Virus record (IMG/VR): IMGVR_UViG_3300044452_000303
Coordinates: 1-33,243 of that record
Strand: one strand, 5' to 3'
DNA: 33,243 bases
Source of the DNA: a virus
Lineage: Duplodnaviria > Caudoviricetes
Positions 27,170-33,243 of this stretch are shown piece by piece; the first letter of the stretch is position 1; every line of letters starts with the position of its first letter. Made by a program: the position numbers and the translations under genes. The notes below the pieces were generated by a model. That model was not told the DNA's origin. It made no database searches and saw only the letters and a list, made by a program, of their open reading frames with translations.

Positions 27170-27174
27170 GCACC

Positions 27175-27597
27175 ATGGCCACGAAAAAACGCGCAACACG
27201 CACTGCCCCGAAGCCCGCAATCGATCCGATCTTCCTCTCCATATGGGAGCGGATCGAGATTCACACGAATCTGCTTACCAGCGGCGGGTCATACGATGAG
27301 GTCATCCTGACGTTGGAGATCAGGGACCGCCTGAAGCCGCAGCCCGATGAGATCGAATCGATGAACATGCAAGAGGTGGGCCCCGGCGCATGGATGTGGA
27401 ACTCGGCAAAGGAGTCAGGGAAGCAGCGGGCATTCCGCTTCAATCAGGCCGAATTGAGTCATATTCGGAAGGCATACGACCTGCGTGCCGCCAAGAAGCA
27501 GATCGACCAGCGACCTCCGGCCATGGATCTCATGTTCAAGTTCATTTCACGCGATGCCTTCGTGAAGAAGGCCAAAGCCAAGAAAGCCGATGCCTGA
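27175..27597 (+). CDS. Hypothetical protein
   Basis: Within the operon; overlaps the next start. Confidence 0.7.
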   Translation: MATKKRATRTAPKPAIDPIFLSIWERIEIHTNLLTSGGSYDEVILTLEIRDRLKPQPDEIESMNMQEVGPGAWMWNSAKESGKQRAFRFNQAELSHIRKAYDLRAAKKQIDQRPPAMDLMFKFISRDAFVKKAKAKKADA

Positions 27598-27982
27598 AAT
27601 CACATCCCAGATCACTCCCGGCCCGAATGACGAACCCCTCATCCGTCGCAATTCGGACGGGGCCGTCGTACGCGGAGTCAACATTCCGACCGGAGCGCCC
27701 TGGGGCGGCGCTGGAATTGCCGATGAAGTACTGCTCCAGGAGGGGTACGACATGACGGCGTTGACATACGATGCGGACGGAGTGCTGACGAGCGCTACAG
27801 TGGTCTGGTTTGATGGTTCATCGGGCGTTTTTACGGTCACCGAGATCGATGCGGATCTGCTGCTTCCCAAGTCCTACACCGTCACCCATGCCCTTTCAAG
27901 CAAGACCGTCACTCAGCCCGCCGTGACGCGGGATGCCGACGGAAACATCACGGTAAAGCCCGTGAGGACGGTTTCAACATGA
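27590..27982 (+). CDS. Putative minor tail protein (beta domain, paralog A)
   Basis: C-terminal ~70 aa paralogous to the next gene. Confidence 0.7.
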   Translation: MPEITSQITPGPNDEPLIRRNSDGAVVRGVNIPTGAPWGGAGIADEVLLQEGYDMTALTYDADGVLTSATVVWFDGSSGVFTVTEIDADLLLPKSYTVTHALSSKTVTQPAVTRDADGNITVKPVRTVST

Positions 27983-28452
27983 CCATCGATCCTACATGGC
28001 CACGCGTCCGCCAAACGTTCGCCAAGGCCCAGCAATGGGCCGAGTTCGCCGAAGACGCCGAAGTCGAGCCGGGGATGTACTCGGCAAAGCACCATGCCGC
28101 GAAGGCTGAGGCATCGGCCAGCGCGGCATCCTCTTCTGCAGGATCGGCGCTGGCATCAGCCGCGTCAGCACAGGATTCGGTCGACTCCATTATTACTGAC
28201 ATGATCCTGTCAGAGCGATATCGATTCATTCAGCCGGTGTGGAACGCCCAGGGCGTCCTCGTTTCGGCCTCCGTGAAGTGGGTCGATGGGAGCGAAGGCG
28301 ACTTCACGTCAACCCAAGTCAATGCGGAGTTTCTGGCGGTCGACGCATATACGGTCACGCATGACGACTCCGGCCTGACGCTCACCCAGCCCGCCATTAC
28401 GCGCGACGCACTTGGTCAGCCAACATCCATTCCAACAGCCACCATAGAGTAG
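27979..28452 (+). CDS. Putative minor tail/fibre adaptor protein (paralog B)
   Basis: Ala-rich coiled coil, fibre-like VEPGMYSAKHHA motif, and the shared beta domain. Confidence 0.7.
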   Translation: MTIDPTWPRVRQTFAKAQQWAEFAEDAEVEPGMYSAKHHAAKAEASASAASSSAGSALASAASAQDSVDSIITDMILSERYRFIQPVWNAQGVLVSASVKWVDGSEGDFTSTQVNAEFLAVDAYTVTHDDSGLTLTQPAITRDALGQPTSIPTATIE

Positions 28453-28456
28453 AACC

Positions 28457-29896
28457 ATGAACGGACAATCCCTTCTTTTCAACGAGTACCCGCGCGTCCG
28501 TCGCGCTGCAATTGACGCGGAAACTGCGGCTCAGACGGCCCAGGACTACGCCAACGAGTTCGCCGGGCTGGTGTACAACAGAATCACCATCGGCGGATAT
28601 GGCGCAGCGGTCTCGGTTTGCCCTCCACATGCATTGCCCCCTGGCATGACCGAGCTCCCCGGCACAAAATCCAAGCTGAGCGACGAATATGGTAACTACC
28701 AGTACATTGACGGCTCTCTGATGGTGTACGTGGCGATGCACTATTACAAGGTTGGCACCGGGGCGAATGGTCTGGCCGTCAATGAAATCGAGATCGCCGA
28801 TGCGCATGATTTCGAAGACCGGGCCGAGGCAGAAGCTGCGGGATTCGCCCTGGATCGCGCATTCATCAACGGCGGTTCTGTCATGCAGGGTGTCTTTGTC
28901 GACAAGTATCTGTGCTCCAAGGTTGCGAATGGATCAGGGTTCTCCGCAGGGTCCATCAAGTTCGGGCTGCCTATTTCAACCAGCTCGGCCCATAATCCGA
29001 TAGCCGATCTGAGCGCGTGCGCCGGTAATGCCTACTACGAAGTGGTCAATGCGGCAAAGGGCCGAGACGGCGTGAACGGAGCGGTGAATGCCGAATCGAT
29101 CTTCTTTTGCAACACGAGGTTCATTCGGGCCATGCTAGCCCGCCTGTCAATGGCTCATGGCCAGGCTTCTACATCCACCGCTCATTGTGCGTGGTACGAC
29201 GCGGGAGGCACGACCAATTTCCCGAAGGGATGCAACAACAATGCGCTCGGAGACGCGAACGACGGTGAAATCGCTTACGTGAGCGACGGATACAGCAATT
29301 GTGGCCAGACGGGTTCCGGAACGCCGTTCGCCAAGACGACACACAATGGGCAAGCCTGTGGGATCGCTGACCTGAATGGCAATATGTGGGAAATCGAGCT
29401 CGGCCTGACCCGGCCCGGATCAAGCCCGACAGATACGACGAATCAGAACGATACGGCGGCATTTTACATGCTGAAGGAGTCTGTTCGCGTTGAGGATCTG
29501 ACGGCAGGCTGGAACGCCGGAAACGATGCATGGGGGGATGCGACCCATCTGGCCACGCTCTATGACGCGATCGACATTCCGTACGTGATCAACACAGGCG
29601 TCTTGAATCGATTCGGAAGTGGTGCGAATCAGGTCCTGTCGGAGGCTATTTCGGGGGATGGATACAGGCTGGCAGGACTCGGCTTTCCAAAGGACTCAAA
29701 CGCCAGGAGCGGCGGTGGCACCAACCTTTTTGGCGCTGACTACTTCTACGAGTACCACAGGGCCAATCTCCCGCTCATATCGGGCGGCGCCTGGGACTAC
29801 GGCTCGACCGCCGGTGTCTGGACGGCCAACTTGACCAACTATCGTTCGTACTCGAGCACGAACGTGGGCTTCCGCTGCGCCTGTTACCCTGTCTGA
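28457..29896 (+). CDS. DGR target: Mtd-like receptor-binding protein (C-type lectin / FGE-sulfatase fold)
   Basis: VFVDKY, GIADLNGNMWE and C-terminal GGAW...NVGFRCA; the 3' end contains VR. Confidence 0.92.
   Translation: MNGQSLLFNEYPRVRRAAIDAETAAQTAQDYANEFAGLVYNRITIGGYGAAVSVCPPHALPPGMTELPGTKSKLSDEYGNYQYIDGSLMVYVAMHYYKVGTGANGLAVNEIEIADAHDFEDRAEAEAAGFALDRAFINGGSVMQGVFVDKYLCSKVANGSGFSAGSIKFGLPISTSSAHNPIADLSACAGNAYYEVVNAAKGRDGVNGAVNAESIFFCNTRFIRAMLARLSMAHGQASTSTAHCAWYDAGGTTNFPKGCNNNALGDANDGEIAYVSDGYSNCGQTGSGTPFAKTTHNGQACGIADLNGNMWEIELGLTRPGSSPTDTTNQNDTAAFYMLKESVRVEDLTAGWNAGNDAWGDATHLATLYDAIDIPYVINTGVLNRFGSGANQVLSEAISGDGYRLAGLGFPKDSNARSGGGTNLFGADYFYEYHRANLPLISGGAWDYGSTAGVWTANLTNYRSYSSTNVGFRCACYPV
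29772..29883 (+). repeat. DGR variable repeat (VR)
   Basis: 112-bp ungapped copy of 30342-30453 with 8 mismatches, all opposite TR adenines. Confidence 0.97.
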
Positions 29897-29916
29897 TCAC
29901 CGCGATAGCGGGGATC
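29895..29916 (+). promoter_or_regulatory. DGR target-recognition hairpin downstream of IMH
   Basis: GATCACCGC-GATA-GCGGGGATC, 8/9 pairs, GRNA-type loop. Confidence 0.7.
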
Positions 29917-29928
29917 CCGCCTTTCATC

Positions 29929-30315
29929 ATGAATGACACCCAAGCCCAGGCCAAAATGACGCAGGTTTACCTGCAGATGATTCGTCTTCTGCACGTCTAT
30001 CTGGCCCACTTCCCCCGGCATGAGAAATATGCGCTTTGCAACCGCATCAGAAACACGGCTTATGAAGTGTTTGACTACATCACCGAGGGGCACAAGGTCT
30101 TTCATAAAAAGACGACCTTGAGGAATCTGGATGTCGCACACGAAAAGCTCCGGATGCAGATCTACCTCGCCTATGAGATGGGGTATCTGGGATTCAAGGA
30201 TGGTCGTACGGCGGAGGACGCCGTCGATACCGGGGCCCGCCGACTAAAGGCAATCGGAGTCCATATGGACGAACTCGGCAGGATGATCGGCGGCTGGATC
30301 AAATCACAACACTGA
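29929..30315 (+). CDS. avd: DGR accessory variability determinant (four-helix bundle)
   Basis: FPRHEKYALCNRIR...K...LRNLD...LR..I.LA...GYL...ELGRMIGGWIK; located between VR and TR. Confidence 0.93.
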   Translation: MNDTQAQAKMTQVYLQMIRLLHVYLAHFPRHEKYALCNRIRNTAYEVFDYITEGHKVFHKKTTLRNLDVAHEKLRMQIYLAYEMGYLGFKDGRTAEDAVDTGARRLKAIGVHMDELGRMIGGWIKSQH

Positions 30316-30341
30316 AAATGGGCAATGCATTAGCGGTCTCG

Positions 30342-30453
30342 CGCTCATATCGGGCGGCAACTGGAACAACGGCTCGAACGCCGGTGTCTGGACGGCCAAC
30401 TTGAACAACTATCGTTCGAACTCGAACACGAACGTGGGCTTCCGCTGCGCCTG
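30342..30453 (+). ncRNA. DGR template repeat (TR)
   Basis: Intergenic, 25 adenines, 10 AAC codons in the target frame. Confidence 0.97.
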
Positions 30454-30574
30454 CTATCCATCCTCAAAGCCCATCCAGGGCATAGTGGATCACAGGGATG
30501 TATTGTCCTGCTAACGCGAAATACACCGATAATGCCATTCTGGTAGCCACGGCGAACGTCTGGCGGCATCAATC

Positions 30575-31603
30575 ATGAAGAGATACGGAAGCATATACCG
30601 CACGGTCATTTCGGCATCAAACCTGCACGACGCTTACCTGGAAGCGCGTAGAGGCAAGATGGGCCGGGCGTCGTGTTTTCACTTCAGCAAGCGACTCGGG
30701 GCCAATCTGGCGGACCTGGAGCACGAATTGCTGTCCGGGGAATACCGGCCTCGGCCCTACTGCACTTTCCGCGTCTACGAGCCCAAGGAACGGCTTATTC
30801 TCGCCCCGGCGTTCCGTGACATCGTTGTCCAGCACGCTGCCTACCGTCAGGTTCTCCCGATCTTTGACCGTTCATTTGTAGACACTGCGTTTGCGTGTCG
30901 CGTTGGCCGAGGCACGCATGCCGCGTCTGACTATATAATGAACTGCGTGAAGGAGTCTGGCCCAGAGGCCTACTACCTGCAGCTCGACATCAGGAGGTAC
31001 TTCCATAGCATTGGCCGTGACATGCTCCGGTCGCAGCTGGAGCGCAAGCTGAAGGAAGCCGCCCTGATCGACCTGCTGATGGGTTTTGCCCATAACGGGC
31101 AACCTGTCGGCGTTCCGATCGGGAACCTGCTCAGCCAGCTATTTGCGAACATATATCTCTCGCCCATGGATCACTGGATCAAGCGAGACCTGAAGATTCG
31201 CCACTACGCCCGATACGTTGATGACCTTGTATTGCCTGGACTGAGCCGACGCGAATGCGAGGTGGCCAGGAATCGTATTTCTAGGTATCTGGCCGACCGA
31301 TACGGAATGGAGCTGTCCAGGTGCGTGATCGAGAAGCAGTCCCGAGGCATCAACTTCTGCGGCTACCGGATGTGGGTCAACAAGCGACTCATTCGCAAGC
31401 ACAGCCTACACCGATTCAGGCGCCGGGTCCGTCAATCTGACCTGACGGCGGTTGTGTCCCTGCTTGGCCACGCCAAGCGCACCTCCTCACTTTCACACAT
31501 GACGAATTACATCAACGAGGTCAATCATGAACTCTATCAAGCGTTACCGGAAGATTACAGACGATCACACAACTCACCAGGTCCACTACGGCAGCCTGGA
31601 TGA
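30575..31603 (+). CDS. DGR reverse transcriptase
   Basis: EPKERLI.AP.FRD.VVQHA, LDIRRYF.SI, GVPIGNLLSQ (DGR-type SQ), catalytic RYVDD, NFCGY; 342 aa with no maturase or endonuclease domain. Confidence 0.96.
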   Translation: MKRYGSIYRTVISASNLHDAYLEARRGKMGRASCFHFSKRLGANLADLEHELLSGEYRPRPYCTFRVYEPKERLILAPAFRDIVVQHAAYRQVLPIFDRSFVDTAFACRVGRGTHAASDYIMNCVKESGPEAYYLQLDIRRYFHSIGRDMLRSQLERKLKEAALIDLLMGFAHNGQPVGVPIGNLLSQLFANIYLSPMDHWIKRDLKIRHYARYVDDLVLPGLSRRECEVARNRISRYLADRYGMELSRCVIEKQSRGINFCGYRMWVNKRLIRKHSLHRFRRRVRQSDLTAVVSLLGHAKRTSSLSHMTNYINEVNHELYQALPEDYRRSHNSPGPLRQPG

Positions 31604-31937
31604 TGACAATGAACCCATCGTAGAACTGGCCACGCTTGATGATGGATACACTTATATATCTGTGCCTGACGGCGCAACAATCAGCTCTTCGAGCGACCTT
31701 GTTGAGGTGGAGGACGTCGAGCTGACCCCGGTCCTGCGTAAGCAGATAAGAAAGGCATCCCCGCACGTTGCGCTCATCAAGCAGCGCATCAATGAAAGAA
31801 TACGTGAACGCTACTCGGAATCGGACGAGTTTCAGATGCTCCGGACTGGCCCGACAACGGAATCATCCGCCTATAACGATTACGTGGAGTCCGTTCTTGA
31901 GTGGGGTCGAGACCAGCGGCGGGAGCTCGGTTTGTGA
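31527..31937 (+). CDS. Phage protein, possible tail-fibre assembly chaperone
   Basis: C-terminal IRERYSESDE..MLR......YNDYVE resembles fibre-associated proteins; overlaps the RT gene by 77 bp. Confidence 0.65.
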   Translation: MNSIKRYRKITDDHTTHQVHYGSLDDDNEPIVELATLDDGYTYISVPDGATISSSSDLVEVEDVELTPVLRKQIRKASPHVALIKQRINERIRERYSESDEFQMLRTGPTTESSAYNDYVESVLEWGRDQRRELGL

Positions 31938-32008
31938 CGTCAACCCCGATCCGGGAACGGATTACGATTTGTCGCAGTTACGACCGGGAATTTTCGCGGT
32001 TTGGTACA
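31920..32008. repeat. Candidate right-end transposase-binding repeats and terminal CA
   Basis: CG(G/A)TTTG at 31928, 31965 and 31997, each preceded by CGGGA; ends ...TGGTACA (TGTACC... on the minus strand). Confidence 0.55.
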
Positions 32009-32301
32009 TGGAGCGCTTTCGTCCCGTCCCCGGACTGTTCCTGGGTGGCGGCAGCATGACGGACTTCGACGGCGATTCCGACGTGGACATCCTGCTGCAC
32101 GGGTTCGTCGGTCTGGACAACGACGAGCAGCAACGGCTGGTCATCCTGGAGCAGATTGACGGACAGTTGCTGAACATCCTGGATGCCCGGTCAGTCCGGA
32201 ACGGGACGGTCCTCATGATGGACTACGACGGCAACGGCCGCATGGACCTCTTCCAGGTCGGTCGTCAGGGAGACCAACTCATCATCCAGATCTTCGAATA
32301 G
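32009..32301 (+). pseudogene. 3' remnant of a host FG-GAP/VCBS-repeat protein interrupted by the prophage
   Basis: DFDGDSDVDILL and DYDGNGRMDLF repeats; no native N-terminus, since the upstream frame runs into phage sequence. Confidence 0.75.
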
Positions 32302-32331
32302 CCGCTGCCGCCGTGCCACTGCGACCGTGGA

Positions 32332-33243
32332 TCAGTTGACGAATGTCAACCAGCCATGTGGATCGTTGCCGCGGTGCAGGATATCGAAGAAGGCCGTCTG
32401 CAGTTTTTCCGTGATCGGCCCGCGCTTGCCCGCCCCGATGGTGTGGTGGTCAATGGATCGGATGGGCGTCACTTCGGCTGCCGTGCCCGTAAAGAAAACT
32501 TCGTCAGCAATGTAGAGGGCTTCCCGCGGAATGAGCCCTTCCTTCACCGTCAGACCCATCTCTTCCGCCAGCGTGACAATACTGCTGCGCGTGATTCCGG
32601 GCAGGATGGAGAGTGCTACCGGCGCCGTGTAGAGTACGCCGTCCTTGACGAGGAACAGGTTCTCACCCGAACCCTCTGCGAGATGCCCGTTCACACTGAG
32701 CATGATGCCCTCTGAAAAGCCGTTCAGAACGGCATCCATCTTGACCAGACTCGCATTCAGATAGTTGCCACCCGCCTTGGCCATGGATGGAAACGTGTTG
32801 GGCGCCATGCGATTCCAGGAGGCCACATGGACATCGACACCATTCTCCAGGGCTTCCGGACCCAGGTAAGCGCCCCATTCCCAGACGGCGATGATGGTAT
32901 GCACGGGGTTCTTCAGCGGATTCACGCCCATGGGTCCGTAACCGCGGAAGGAGAGCGGCCGGATATAGCACTCCTTCAATCCAGAGCGCCGGATGGTCTC
33001 CAACGACGCCTCCTCGAGCTCTTCCCGGCTGTATCCCAGATCCATGCGGTAAATGCGGCCTGAATCAATAAGTCGCTGCATATGCTCCGGATTCCGGAAG
33101 ACCGCCGAGCCCTTGTCCGTCTTGTAGCATCGGATGCCCTCGAATACGGACGACCCGTAGTGCAAGGCGTGCGTCAGGACGTGGACGTTGGCATCTTCGT
33201 GTCGGACGAACGAACCGTCCATCCAGATATCTGGCTTCGACAT
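32332..33243 (-). CDS. ilvE: Branched-chain amino acid aminotransferase
   Basis: [50 protein letters not shown]. Confidence 0.97.
   Translation of the reverse strand: MSKPDIWMDGSFVRHEDANVHVLTHALHYGSSVFEGIRCYKTDKGSAVFRNPEHMQRLIDSGRIYRMDLGYSREELEEASLETIRRSGLKECYIRPLSFRGYGPMGVNPLKNPVHTIIAVWEWGAYLGPEALENGVDVHVASWNRMAPNTFPSMAKAGGNYLNASLVKMDAVLNGFSEGIMLSVNGHLAEGSGENLFLVKDGVLYTAPVALSILPGITRSSIVTLAEEMGLTVKEGLIPREALYIADEVFFTGTAAEVTPIRSIDHHTIGAGKRGPITEKLQTAFFDILHRGNDPHGWLTFVN

Larger units (their letters stand above)
1..32008. mobile_element. Mu-like transposable prophage (siphovirus-type tail) carrying a DGR; left end outside window
   Basis: Contains a DDE transposase, AAA ATPase, GemA-like, DUF3164, gp29-like portal, gp32-like protease, and gp36/gp37/gpG/gpF-like genes. 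It has a tape measure gene but no sheath gene. The candidate right end ...GGTTTGGTACA at 32008 abuts a truncated host gene. Confidence 0.92.

Noticed and set aside
1-29771. Second VR / additional DGR target
   Set aside because: No further TR-like copy was seen by eye, including at the 3' ends of the other tail genes. A BLASTN with TR would be needed to exclude a diverged copy.
30345-30572. 75-aa minus-strand ORF over TR and spacer
   Set aside because: Antisense to TR; its Ser/Cys/Arg-rich composition is a by-product of the AAC repeats.
30575-31603. RT as a group II intron, retron or Abi RT
   Set aside because: No maturase domain or intron structure; the SQ motif, avd and the adenine-specific TR/VR pair identify a DGR.
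31768-32007. N-terminal part of the 177-aa ORF 31768-32301
   Set aside because: It overlaps a phage gene and the end repeats, so it is a chance open frame fused to the host gene remnant.

Overview
Positions 1 to about 32,008 are a Mu-like (transposable) prophage with a non-contractile tail. Its left end lies outside the window. It appears to be inserted into a host FG-GAP/VCBS-repeat gene next to ilvE, and start-codon context hints at a Bacteroidota/Rhodothermota-type host. The layout has four blocks. (1) A leftward early arm: Cro/Ner-like HTH, GemA-like protein, DDE transposase, AAA+ ATPase, DUF3164, then an M15 peptidase, a Zn ribbon, gpF and a DnaA-domain-IV protein. (2) A rightward cI plus a secreted protein. 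(3) A leftward portal/terminase/neck operon. (4) A divergent rightward protease/capsid/tail operon that ends in a complete diversity-generating retroelement (target-VR, avd, TR, RT); all 8 VR/TR mismatches are at TR adenines. The strongest non-coding signals are a type II hammerhead ribozyme candidate inside the early operon just upstream of the endolysin-like gene (2220-2281, minus strand), a perfect 32-bp palindrome centred between the two divergent late operons, and a -1 frameshift site in the tail chaperone. All family assignments were made by recognising motifs by eye; no database searches were run.
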